A stretch of DNA of 58,066 bases from an uncultured bacterium (GTDB lineage Bacteria > Krumholzibacteriota > Krumholzibacteriia > Krumholzibacteriales > Krumholzibacteriaceae), in the NCBI GenBank assembly GCA_964457905.1, contig CAYWGA010000005.1, forward strand, positions 1-58,066, written 5' to 3'. Below, piece by piece: positions 17,346 to 26,207 of the stretch. The position numbers were made by a program, and so were the translations under genes. Each line of letters starts with the position of its first letter. Positions within the stretch are counted from its first letter, which is position 1. The notes under the pieces are model-generated. The model saw only the letters and a program-made list of their open reading frames with translations, did not search any database and was not told where the DNA came from.

Positions 17346-17984
17346 TCAGAAACACTGGTGCTGGTAGTGCTCCCCCATGAACGAAAAGTCGCTCAGGTTG
17401 CACCATCCGTCATCGTTATAGTCGCAGCAGGTGTTGTAACCGGCGTCACCCTCCTGCTTGTTGTACGACTCGCCGAAGAAGCTCAGGTCGGAGAGGTTGA
17501 CGAAACTGTCGGCGTTGATGTCGGGGCTGACTATGACGACATCGAGACAAATCGGCTCAACCTGGGCCTCGTCAATGATCGTATAGCCCTGGCACGCGAT
17601 ATAGATGCCTCCCTCTGGGATGCATCCGCCGGCCGAGATGCGTCCGGAGAAGGTCGTGCGGCCGTTGACATCGGTCAGCGAATCAGCCACGAAGTGCTGG
17701 ACGCATATGCCGAGGGAGTATTCCACCTGGCAGGCATCCGTCCAGTAGTCGGTCCAGGGGATGCTCTCGATCCCATACCCTCCGCAGTCCCTGATATAGA
17801 CCTCGATGTAGTCGTTCCCGGTCCCGCAGCCGTCCTTGATATACTCGAAATCCCCTCTCGGACAGACCGAGACACGCATGCCGGAACAGCTGACAGCCGC
17901 CGTACTCTCGCAGGGGAACTGCCCAGACGCCGCGACCGGAAGGATCAGTATCATCAGAACCGCTGCTGCCACAATTGCTCTCAT
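17346..17984 (-). CDS. Small secreted Cys-rich dockerin-tailed protein (paralogue C)
   Basis: The ORF track starts at 18017. I prefer M12 (17984; MRAIVAAAVLMILILPVAASG) because GGAGG lies just upstream. DINADSFVNLSDLSFF and DYNDDGWCNLSDFSFM loops. It ends HYQHQCF. Confidence 0.8.
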   Translation of the reverse strand: MRAIVAAAVLMILILPVAASGQFPCESTAAVSCSGMRVSVCPRGDFEYIKDGCGTGNDYIEVYIRDCGGYGIESIPWTDYWTDACQVEYSLGICVQHFVADSLTDVNGRTTFSGRISAGGCIPEGGIYIACQGYTIIDEAQVEPICLDVVIVSPDINADSFVNLSDLSFFGESYNKQEGDAGYNTCCDYNDDGWCNLSDFSFMGEHYQHQCF

Positions 17985-18013
17985 GCCTCTGCCTCCGTTT
18001 ATAAAACAGGTTG

Positions 18014-21000
18014 TCATCGCAGCATCACCATCTTCAGCGTCCGCTCGTAGTCGCTCGCTTCCATCCTGCAGAAGTAGATCCCGCTGGCTATAGAACTGCC
18101 CCTGTCGTTCGTTCCATCCCAGACAGCTTCGTATGTTCCCGCATCGAGGATCTCGTCGACGAGGACCCGCACAAGCCTGCCGGAGACATCATATACACGC
18201 ATCGAGACGTGTCCCTTCTCCTTCAGGCTGTACTTCAGTCTCGTAACCGGGTTGAACGGATTGGGGAAGTTCTGCGAGAGAGCCGTCGCCTTTGGCAGCT
18301 CAGCATCCATCGGCACGTACCAGAGGGTATTCCCGCAAAAGTTCATAAAATTACGGAAGAATTCATTTCTCGGCAGGCCATAAGCACTGGCGTTGCGGAT
18401 ATATTGGAAGCTGTGCCCGACCCATACGGTCCGTAGCGACTGACTGGCGTTGTTCAGCTGATCGGTGCAGATGCCGGCGTAGTACGAGAGATCGTTGTGG
18501 GCAGGGTATGCAAGCGCGTACTCCCCTGGACCCGTCGTCTCGAGAACATCGAAATTGTTAATGTAGGGACATCCTCCGAAGGCAAAATATGACAGTCCGC
18601 CAAAGGGGCTGTATCCGCCAACTCCCGTGATCATAGGCGAAACGATCCCTCCCTTGTTGACGCCGCCTGTCATCTCGAGGTAGCTGCCACTCGCCAGGGT
18701 GACGCCGCAGATCGTGCTGACGAGCTCGAGCGCGACTGCAGTCTGGGAGGTGGCAAGATCGGAGGCGGCATGGTCCCCCATCATCAGCAGGCCGACTTTG
18801 TGCTCGGAAACATTCATCCAGTCGATGAGGAGCTGCGCGTCGTTGCTCTTGTCCGAATTCTCTGTGCCCTCGCTGACGGTGCACGAATTCAGGTCCCCTG
18901 AATCAAACAACACTATTTCATAGGCGATGCAGAATATCGAAGAGGCGTCGGTCACCGAAGTATATGCGCCGATTCCGTTGCTCAGGGCCGATGATGGTCC
19001 GTTGACGTCGTACCTGTCGGGGATCTCATCAGTTCCCCACAGCATGTCCCAGAAGGTATAGTCGAAATAGGTCTGCACAGTGCCGTCGAAAGTACCGCGC
19101 CCATCGTAGTCATCGACATAGAGAAGGGCGGGAACAATCCTCAGTGTCGGCAGGCAGGTGAATTCGAGCAGCCTGCTCGTTCCGAAGAACGGGCTCGGCG
19201 GCATCGACTCGGCGTTAGCCGGATATGTGCCGCTGCTTCCGGCCTGCGAGTACGCCTTAAAGTAGTACTCGATCATGTAGCCGCGTGTGAAAAGAGAGTC
19301 GTTGAGGTCGATGCAGTATGCGTTCAGAGCGATGACGCCAGCCGACGAATGGGCCGGCTCGCAGAGCAGCGCCGTCCAGTCGCCGTCGTCGCTGACGTAG
19401 CTTCCGTAGTCGCCTTCGAGCTGAGGGCCGAAGAGGTCCGGTTTCGGATAGCTGGTGTTGCCGATATATGTAACGTTGACGTGGCAGTAGACCCTCGCTT
19501 CTCCCGTCGCCAGTGTGTCGAGGCCACCGGCCATCGGCGCCGCGACCCTTACTACTGCGGAATCACCCGGATCGATCCTGGTGAACTCGTTCCCCGGAGC
19601 GACATCGACCGCCATATCGGCACGGCATATCTCCTCCATCGGATCCGTGCTGGCATACACTTCCTGGGGGAAGGTGTCCTGGAAAAGCTCTGCCCGCCTG
19701 ACATTCCAGGCCGGGCCTCCGGTGCCGAATCTCAGGATCCTCACGTCGTCATACCAAGGCGCCGGAGTGTGCTCTTCACAGTCTCCGTATGTTCCATACC
19801 ACGCACCGCACATATCGATCACGCCGAGCGCCACCTGTATCGAATCAGAGGTAACGAGAGCGCTGATATCTTCGGTTGCGGTTATCCAGGCCCTGGAGGG
19901 TTCGTATGGGACCCAGATACCTTCCGTCCTCCATTTCCCGGGGCAGCTGCCTCCAAGGTTCCTTATCCTCCAGGTCCTGAAAACGAGGTTGTTGACAGGC
20001 AGGTCGACGTATGCGTTGTATTTCAGGTAAATGCCCCCGAGAATCGAGAGATCCCCCGGCGCTATAGTCAGTTCCTGCGATCCGTCATGCATGGCGGAAT
20101 ATCGAGTGAGATCTATCGGAGGAGAGACGATCATCTCGTCCTGGCAGGGATTCTCGACACCGCCCGTACCGGTGCAGAAAGGAGTATCGTAGAGGCCGGG
20201 GTAGTCCTCGCTCGGAAAGGAAGAGCCGTTGAAGAACATGATGAGAGAACTGCTATTGAATCCGCAGGGATCCCTGCTCTCAAGGCCGGCGGCAAGGCCA
20301 CCATAAGCACCGTATGCATAATTTACGCATGCTGTCCACCAGCCGCATTCCGACTCGCCGACAGAGTAGTTCTCGAAGTCCTCGTAATCGATTATTCGTT
20401 CGTTGTCCCATATGGTGATGCTGTCGATCATGCAGGCGCCATCCGTGTCGATATAGCCGTCCTCGTCTGACCAGGCGCCATCTGACTGGAACCGGAACCT
20501 CAGCTTTGTGCCCCACTTAATTGAAAACAATTCGTGGGAGACAACGGTATCAACAACGCCACTGTATGTATCCAGGACCTCCCAGTCGCAATAGCGACAA
20601 CACCAGTAGCAGCAGGCCACATCGGTCGAATATTCGAAGGTGACCAGATCGCGGCCGCTCTCTGTATCGCAGGCGAGGCGGTACGACACGTTGATGGTGT
20701 CTCCCGGATCATGGGGGATAGCGGCCGAGAAAAACTCGTCCCAGTCATTGCCGTACCCCGGCGCTGCAGCCCAGTTGCATGTGAAAAGACTGGGGCCGGA
20801 ATTTGGACGCACCCCACACCAGACAGACTTCGTTCCTTCCAGTGGAACGAGGCGGCCCCAGGAGCCTCCGCCCAGGCCGGCAAAATCGTCAACATGAAAG
20901 AAGGTGTCAGGAGCAACGGTATTGTCGACCTGCGTCCAGCCCTGCCAGTCGGCCGTTTCAAAGTCGTACCAGACGACCCGGTAGGTGTCGGCCGCTGCTG

Positions 21001-21169
21001 CAGGCGCGAGGCTCATCATCGCCTCGTACCCTGGGATGTCGAGATCGACCTCCCCGTAGTCCGGCCTGTAGAATATCGGCCGCTGCGTTTTCTTATCCTT
21101 CGCCTCCAGGCTCGAAAAGCCCGTGAATACGAGGATTACCGCGAGAGCTGCCAGCACTGCGCGTTTCAT
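18014..21169 (-). CDS. Giant secreted paralogue GP1 (unknown function) with FlgD-Ig/T9SS-type CTD
   Basis: 1055-aa ORF from 21181. The second ATG (21169, MKRAVLAALAVILVF) follows GGAGGGGGAG. Modules shared with GP2-GP6 include VVWYDFE..DWQGWT, FFHVDDFAGLGGG, LEGTKSVWCG, HTPAPWYDNV, RIDPGDSAVVRVAAP..GGLDTL, YCIDLNDSLFTRGYMIEYYFKAY, LLYVDDYDGRGTFDG and SDKSNDAQLLIDWMN. CTD: NFPNPFNPVTRLKYSLKEKGHVSMRVYDVSGRLVRVLVDE...KMVMLR. Confidence 0.85.
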   Translation of the reverse strand: MKRAVLAALAVILVFTGFSSLEAKDKKTQRPIFYRPDYGEVDLDIPGYEAMMSLAPAAAADTYRVVWYDFETADWQGWTQVDNTVAPDTFFHVDDFAGLGGGSWGRLVPLEGTKSVWCGVRPNSGPSLFTCNWAAAPGYGNDWDEFFSAAIPHDPGDTINVSYRLACDTESGRDLVTFEYSTDVACCYWCCRYCDWEVLDTYSGVVDTVVSHELFSIKWGTKLRFRFQSDGAWSDEDGYIDTDGACMIDSITIWDNERIIDYEDFENYSVGESECGWWTACVNYAYGAYGGLAAGLESRDPCGFNSSSLIMFFNGSSFPSEDYPGLYDTPFCTGTGGVENPCQDEMIVSPPIDLTRYSAMHDGSQELTIAPGDLSILGGIYLKYNAYVDLPVNNLVFRTWRIRNLGGSCPGKWRTEGIWVPYEPSRAWITATEDISALVTSDSIQVALGVIDMCGAWYGTYGDCEEHTPAPWYDDVRILRFGTGGPAWNVRRAELFQDTFPQEVYASTDPMEEICRADMAVDVAPGNEFTRIDPGDSAVVRVAAPMAGGLDTLATGEARVYCHVNVTYIGNTSYPKPDLFGPQLEGDYGSYVSDDGDWTALLCEPAHSSAGVIALNAYCIDLNDSLFTRGYMIEYYFKAYSQAGSSGTYPANAESMPPSPFFGTSRLLEFTCLPTLRIVPALLYVDDYDGRGTFDGTVQTYFDYTFWDMLWGTDEIPDRYDVNGPSSALSNGIGAYTSVTDASSIFCIAYEIVLFDSGDLNSCTVSEGTENSDKSNDAQLLIDWMNVSEHKVGLLMMGDHAASDLATSQTAVALELVSTICGVTLASGSYLEMTGGVNKGGIVSPMITGVGGYSPFGGLSYFAFGGCPYINNFDVLETTGPGEYALAYPAHNDLSYYAGICTDQLNNASQSLRTVWVGHSFQYIRNASAYGLPRNEFFRNFMNFCGNTLWYVPMDAELPKATALSQNFPNPFNPVTRLKYSLKEKGHVSMRVYDVSGRLVRVLVDEILDAGTYEAVWDGTNDRGSSIASGIYFCRMEASDYERTLKMVMLR

Positions 21170-21197
21170 CTCCCCCTCCATTTCCTTTTGTCGGTCG
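21071..21197 (-). repeat. Near-identical copy of the 5' leader plus signal-peptide coding DNA (partner 24241-24367)
   Basis: By eye, about five mismatches in ~127 nt against 24241-24367. The segment spans the SD, both ATGs and the codons for MEGEMKRAVLAALAVILVF.GFSSLEAKDKKTQRPIF. Confidence 0.85.
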
Positions 21198-21231
21198 GCT
21201 TGTCCTGTTTCTTTCTATATTCGTATCGTCT

Positions 21232-24200
21232 TTATCTCAACATCACCATCTTCAATGTTCTCTCGTAGTCAGTCGCCTCCATGCGGCAGAAGTAGATCCC
21301 GCTGGCAGTCGCGCGGCCCTCGTTGTTCGTGCCGTCCCAGACCGCCTCGTACAACCCGGCCTCGCGGACCTCGTCGACGAGCACGCGGACCAGCCTGCCG
21401 GAAACATCATAGACACGCAGTTTGACGTGCCCCTTCTCCTTCAGCGCGAACTTCACCCTCGTGACTGGATTGAACGGGTTGGGGAAGTTGTCCGAGAGGC
21501 TGGTCGCCTTAGGCGTTTCTGTATCGCACCTGTCCTGACTGACGCCGTTTTCAAAAAACACCAATACATTATGGAAGAAGCTGTACCTTGCCGGGGAATG
21601 GTAATTATCGGTGTTTCGGATGTACTGGAGGCTGTGCCCGACCCAGACGGTCCTGAGGTCCTGGCTGGCGTTGTTAAGCTGGTCTGTTGAGATGCCTGCA
21701 TAATACTGGAGACCGTCAAAGTCAGGATATGAAAGCGCGTACTGCCCAGGGCCGGTCGTCTCCAGGACATCGAAGTCATTGACATAGGGACATCCACCAG
21801 CCACGAAATACGACAGATTATCGAACGGGCCACCCGTAACTCCCGTTAGCAGAGGCGACGCGACACCACCACCGCTGAAACCACCCGTCATCTCGAAGTA
21901 GCTGCCTGTCGACAGGGTGACCCCTGAGATCGTTCTGACCAGTTCGAGAGCGACGGCCGTCTCGGAGCCGGCAAGGTCGGAGGCGATCTCGTCCCCCATC
22001 ACGAGCAGGCCGACCTTGTGCTCAGATACGTTCATCCAGTCGATGAGGAGCTGTGCATCGTTGCTCTTGTCCGAATAATCCCTTCCCTCGCTGATTGTGC
22101 AGCTGTTCAGGTTCCCCGAGTCGAATATGACATTTTCGTATGCCGTACAGAAGATCGACGAAGCATCGGTCACCGAGGTATATGCGCCAATGCCATTGCT
22201 CAGCGCCGAGGAAGGGGCATTGACGTCATACCTGTCGGGTATGTCATTAATCGTAGGAATGTTACACTCGTACGACCAATCCCAATAGAGCTGCGCGACT
22301 CCATTGAAGGTACCCCGTCCATCGAAATCGTCGACGTACAGTATGCTGGGAACCGTCCGCAATGTCGGCAGGCATGTGAATTCGAGAAGATTGCTCGTCC
22401 AGGAATGGTAAGGAAGCGGCATCGTTTCGGCATTAGCCGGGTATGTAGTGCTGTTTCCATCAAGGTCGTAAGCTTTAAAATAGTATTCGATCATGTACCC
22501 GCGTGTGAACAGGGAGTCATTCAGATCGATGCAGTACGTGTTCGACACGTCATACCCTTCGGGATATTGGGCCTGATCGCACAAAAGCACCGTCCAGTCA
22601 CCGTCATCGCTTTCATACCTGCCGTAGCTTCCCTCCAGCTGGGGCCCGAAGAGATCGGGCTTGCCGTCCAGACCTAGAAAAGTGACGTTTACGTGGCAGT
22701 AGACCTTCTCCTCTCCCGTAACAAGCGTATCGAGTCCCCCGGAGGAAGGAGCAGCCACCCTGATCACGGCCGAATCACCCGGATCTATGCGATCGTAATC
22801 GTCGTACGCAGCAATATCCATCGCCATATCCGCCCGGCAGAATTCCTCCATCGGGTTGGAGCTTGCCTCTACTTCCTGCGGAAATGTGTCCTGAAATAGT
22901 TTGCCACGGTCGGCATGCCACTGAGGGCCGACGGTCGAATGCCTGTAAAGACGGACGTTGTCGAACCAGGGCGACGGTGTGTGGCTGGAGCAATCGTATA
23001 TAAACCATGGATAACAAAGGTCGATAACTGAAAGGATTACCTGCAGCGAGTCCCCCTGGACGAAGTCCGAGATAGAGACATCCGTTTCGATATATTCTGC
23101 TTCATCGCCATAGTACAGGACTCCCCGATCCTCCCACTGCCCCGGGCAGCCGTTCACGATGTTCCGTGTCTTCCACATGTAGAAGACACCATTGAAGTTG
23201 GGAAGATCTCGATATACTGAGAACCTCAGGCGATAACCACCGAGCCCTGACAGTTCCCCGGATGGAATCTCCTGGTCTTGCGTTTTGTCGCAATTGCCGC
23301 TGTATCGATTCAGATCAATGATGGGTGAGGAAACAGATTCGTTCTGACAATACCCCTCTTCAACGTCACAAAGCGGCGTTACCGGAAGGCCGGGGTAATC
23401 CGTGCTCATCCAGGTAGAACCTTCAAAGAAGACTATCTGGGAGGATAAATTCCAGTTGCAGGGGTCCCGGTCTGACAGATTTGTCGCAATACCCGAAAAC
23501 ATTCCATATCCGTCTGTGCCGGGACGGCAGTGCCAGAAATCAGTGTCATGGTCGCCGGCATCCGCATCCTCAAAATCCTCGAAGTCTATCAGGCCGTTCT
23601 CGTCGGAAACGGTGATACTGTCGATAATACATGCTCCATCGGTATCAAGGCGGCCGTCCGAGTCGGAGACCGCATGGTCCGAATGGAAATGGAAGCGCAG
23701 TTTTGTCGCGGCCGCGGTGCTGATCATTGCATGTGTTGCCACCGTATCAAGTCGACCGCTAATAGAGGCGACCCACTCCCACTGTCCCCCGGAAAAATAC
23801 TCGACATATACATTATCACGGTCCGGCTCCGAGTCGAATACGCCATGATATGTAAGTGTCAGCTGCCCGGTGAATGTAAACGGCTCAGATATCAGATCCT
23901 GGTCCCATCTGTTTCCATAGCCGGGAGGCGAGGCCCACGAGCAGACATAGAAATCATCTCCCGGTCTCACTCCGCACCAGACAGACTTGGTTCCCTCTAT
24001 CGGAACAAGGCGGCCAAAATCGCCGCCTCCAAGACCGGCAAAATCGTCTATGTGGAAAAAAGTGTCGGGCTGTGCTGTGTTGTCGCTTCTCGTCCACCCC
24101 TGCCAGTCCATATGATCGAAGTCATACCAGACCACGCAATAGGTATCGACGGCTGCGACAGCCGCTGCCGGTGCGAGGTCCATCATCGACCCGCCGCACT

Positions 24201-24339
24201 CCGGGGGATCGATATATGTTTCCTCGTAATTCGGCCTGGAGAATATCGGCCTCTGTGTTTTCTTATCCTTCGCCTCGAGGCTCGAAAAGCCCGCGAATAC
24301 GAGGATCACCGCGAGAGCTGCCAGCACTGCGCGTTTCAT
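21232..24339 (-). CDS. Giant secreted paralogue GP2 with FlgD-Ig/T9SS-type CTD
   Basis: 1039-aa ORF from 24351, preferred start 24339 as for GP1. Same module order. The N-terminal module is very close to GP3 (VDTYCVVWYDFDHMDWQGWT ... GRLVPIEGTKSVWCGVRPGDDFYVCSW). Confidence 0.85.
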   Translation of the reverse strand: MKRAVLAALAVILVFAGFSSLEAKDKKTQRPIFSRPNYEETYIDPPECGGSMMDLAPAAAVAAVDTYCVVWYDFDHMDWQGWTRSDNTAQPDTFFHIDDFAGLGGGDFGRLVPIEGTKSVWCGVRPGDDFYVCSWASPPGYGNRWDQDLISEPFTFTGQLTLTYHGVFDSEPDRDNVYVEYFSGGQWEWVASISGRLDTVATHAMISTAAATKLRFHFHSDHAVSDSDGRLDTDGACIIDSITVSDENGLIDFEDFEDADAGDHDTDFWHCRPGTDGYGMFSGIATNLSDRDPCNWNLSSQIVFFEGSTWMSTDYPGLPVTPLCDVEEGYCQNESVSSPIIDLNRYSGNCDKTQDQEIPSGELSGLGGYRLRFSVYRDLPNFNGVFYMWKTRNIVNGCPGQWEDRGVLYYGDEAEYIETDVSISDFVQGDSLQVILSVIDLCYPWFIYDCSSHTPSPWFDNVRLYRHSTVGPQWHADRGKLFQDTFPQEVEASSNPMEEFCRADMAMDIAAYDDYDRIDPGDSAVIRVAAPSSGGLDTLVTGEEKVYCHVNVTFLGLDGKPDLFGPQLEGSYGRYESDDGDWTVLLCDQAQYPEGYDVSNTYCIDLNDSLFTRGYMIEYYFKAYDLDGNSTTYPANAETMPLPYHSWTSNLLEFTCLPTLRTVPSILYVDDFDGRGTFNGVAQLYWDWSYECNIPTINDIPDRYDVNAPSSALSNGIGAYTSVTDASSIFCTAYENVIFDSGNLNSCTISEGRDYSDKSNDAQLLIDWMNVSEHKVGLLVMGDEIASDLAGSETAVALELVRTISGVTLSTGSYFEMTGGFSGGGVASPLLTGVTGGPFDNLSYFVAGGCPYVNDFDVLETTGPGQYALSYPDFDGLQYYAGISTDQLNNASQDLRTVWVGHSLQYIRNTDNYHSPARYSFFHNVLVFFENGVSQDRCDTETPKATSLSDNFPNPFNPVTRVKFALKEKGHVKLRVYDVSGRLVRVLVDEVREAGLYEAVWDGTNNEGRATASGIYFCRMEATDYERTLKMVMLR
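21284..21490 (-). repeat. CTD-coding DNA nearly identical to 24484-24690
   Basis: A perfectly identical run cggcagaagtagatcccgctggcagtcgcgcggccctcgttgttcgtgccgtcccagaccgcctcgtac is followed by further near-identical sequence. By eye, about ten mismatches over ~205 nt. Confidence 0.85.
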
Positions 24340-24367
24340 CTCCCCCTCCATTTCCTTTTGTCGGTCG
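24241..24367 (-). repeat. Leader plus signal-peptide repeat, partner of 21071-21197
   Basis: See 21071-21197. The two genes diverge strongly just downstream of this block. Confidence 0.85.
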
Positions 24368-24431
24368 TCTTGCCTGGTTCCTTTCTCAAATATTCACCCT
24401 GCCAGCCGGTATGCCGGCGGGTTCCGGCAAT

Positions 24432-26195
24432 CTATCTCAGCAGGACCATCTTGAGGGTCCGTTCGTAATCATTCGCCTCCATCCGGCAGAAGTAGATCCC
24501 GCTGGCAGTCGCGCGGCCCTCGTTGTTCGTGCCGTCCCAGACCGCCTCGTACGACCCGGCCTCGCGGACCTCGTCGACGAGCACGCGGACCAGCCTGCCG
24601 GAGATATCATAGACACGCAGCCTGACGTGCCCCTTCTCCTTCAGTGCGAATTTCACCCTCGTTACGGGATTGAACGGGTTGGGGAAATTCTGCAGCAGTC
24701 CCATCGCCGCCGGCGGCGTGCGGTCGTCCGTAGGAGGCAAGTACCCGCTCCCGTTTACACGCTGCGCATAGATCCCATTACTGGTCCCATCGAATGCGTA
24801 ATTATTGTACCAGGTGAAGATCGCTCCCCCTGTGCCGTCCGGAAGTATCCTTTGTCCCCGGGGATAGTACTCATCGGGGAAATCGCAGAGGGTCAGGCCG
24901 CCTTCCTGCCACAGAACCTCTCCATTACCGGTTACGCGTTGAGCGTAAACAGATTCGATATCAATCCCGAACGCAAGAGGTCCGGAGGCACTGTAAGAGT
25001 AAGGCGCCGGCCATCCGGTCGGCCACGCGACTATCGCTCCACCGAAACCGTCCGGCGCTATCTCCGGGGGCATGTTATCCCAATAGATTCCGCTCTCTCT
25101 TATCGATATCCCGCCGGCAGGCCAAAGCGAATCTCCCCCGGCCGAGAGATGCTGGACATAGATAGCCATCCTGTGCGTAACGGCGTCTCTCGTGTCGCAC
25201 CAGGCATAGAACGCACCGCCCGCACCATCGGGCGCAACGCTCGCCCATAGCTGAATATTCTGCTCAGTGCACACCGGAATGCCGTCGACCGGCCATACAG
25301 GGAGACCGTCTGGATCGATACGCTGGGAATAGATGTCTCGATCTGGATATTCAAGCAGATTTTCCCAAACACACGTCACGCCTCCTGCTCCGTCCGCCAC
25401 AGCATCGTGATCGTTCTGATCCCCGGCGGCATCGCATACCGGCACTCCACCCGATGACCATAGAAGGGTGCTGTCAGCAGCGATTCTCTGGGCGTAGATG
25501 TCGATTTCACCGCCGCGCAGGTCGGCCCAGACCGCAATCGCGCCGCCAGTTTCATCAGTTACCGCTATAGCCTCTTCCTGGTCTCCCGTTTCGGTACATA
25601 CGTCGATCCCGTCGGCAGGCCAGAGAAGAGCCCCTGTCGTATCGATACACTGAGCGAATATATCCTTGTCGCCGTTCCTGTCATCGTGCCATACGATGAT
25701 AGCTTCACCATCACAATCCACAACGCTTATCCGGGGGTAGAACCAGTGGGAGGTGTTCGCTTCAGTGCAGACAGCGATGCCGTTCGCGGCCCAGAGCGGA
25801 TTGCCCCCGGGGCTTATGCGCTGAGCGTAGATGTGGGATATGCCGGTCCTGAAGTCCGCCCAGACGATGATCGCCCCGTTTGCGCCGTCAGAGACTACCT
25901 GTGGCCGGAGTTGTCCTGAAGGAGCGGTACACACAGGAACGCCTCCCGCAGCCCAGAGAGGAATCCCGTCGCTGCCGAGCCTCTGAGCGTAGATGTCCGG
26001 ACTGTCAGTCAGGTTATAGTATGTCTGCCAGACGATTATCGATCCGCCCGCCCCGTCCGATATGATCTCGGGGTTATACTCATCGCCAGTGACCGTCGCC
26101 ACCGGAACACCGTTTTCCTGCCACTGGGCCTGAGCGCCGCAGAACGGGATCACGAGAAACAGGATCGTCCATAGAGAGATTTGTCTCATCAACAC
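24432..26195 (-). CDS. Secreted 8-repeat (propeller-like) protein with FlgD-Ig/T9SS-type CTD, inserted inside the giant-paralogue array
   Basis: 587 aa, apparently GTG-initiated, with signal peptide ...FCGAQA|QW. Eight ~50-aa repeats fit G.P(L/V)W...G(I/V).VC.......v.(S/P)DG.GGAI(I/V)VW.D.R....DIYAQR(I/V). The CTD is almost identical to that of GP2 and GP3. Confidence 0.85.
   Translation of the reverse strand: MLMRQISLWTILFLVIPFCGAQAQWQENGVPVATVTGDEYNPEIISDGAGGSIIVWQTYYNLTDSPDIYAQRLGSDGIPLWAAGGVPVCTAPSGQLRPQVVSDGANGAIIVWADFRTGISHIYAQRISPGGNPLWAANGIAVCTEANTSHWFYPRISVVDCDGEAIIVWHDDRNGDKDIFAQCIDTTGALLWPADGIDVCTETGDQEEAIAVTDETGGAIAVWADLRGGEIDIYAQRIAADSTLLWSSGGVPVCDAAGDQNDHDAVADGAGGVTCVWENLLEYPDRDIYSQRIDPDGLPVWPVDGIPVCTEQNIQLWASVAPDGAGGAFYAWCDTRDAVTHRMAIYVQHLSAGGDSLWPAGGISIRESGIYWDNMPPEIAPDGFGGAIVAWPTGWPAPYSYSASGPLAFGIDIESVYAQRVTGNGEVLWQEGGLTLCDFPDEYYPRGQRILPDGTGGAIFTWYNNYAFDGTSNGIYAQRVNGSGYLPPTDDRTPPAAMGLLQNFPNPFNPVTRVKFALKEKGHVRLRVYDISGRLVRVLVDEVREAGSYEAVWDGTNNEGRATASGIYFCRMEANDYERTLKMVLLR
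24484..24690 (-). repeat. CTD-coding repeat, partner of 21284-21490
   Basis: Same sequence as in GP2, although the upstream passenger domains are unrelated. Confidence 0.85.
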
Positions 26196-26207
26196 ATACT
26201 CTTTCTG

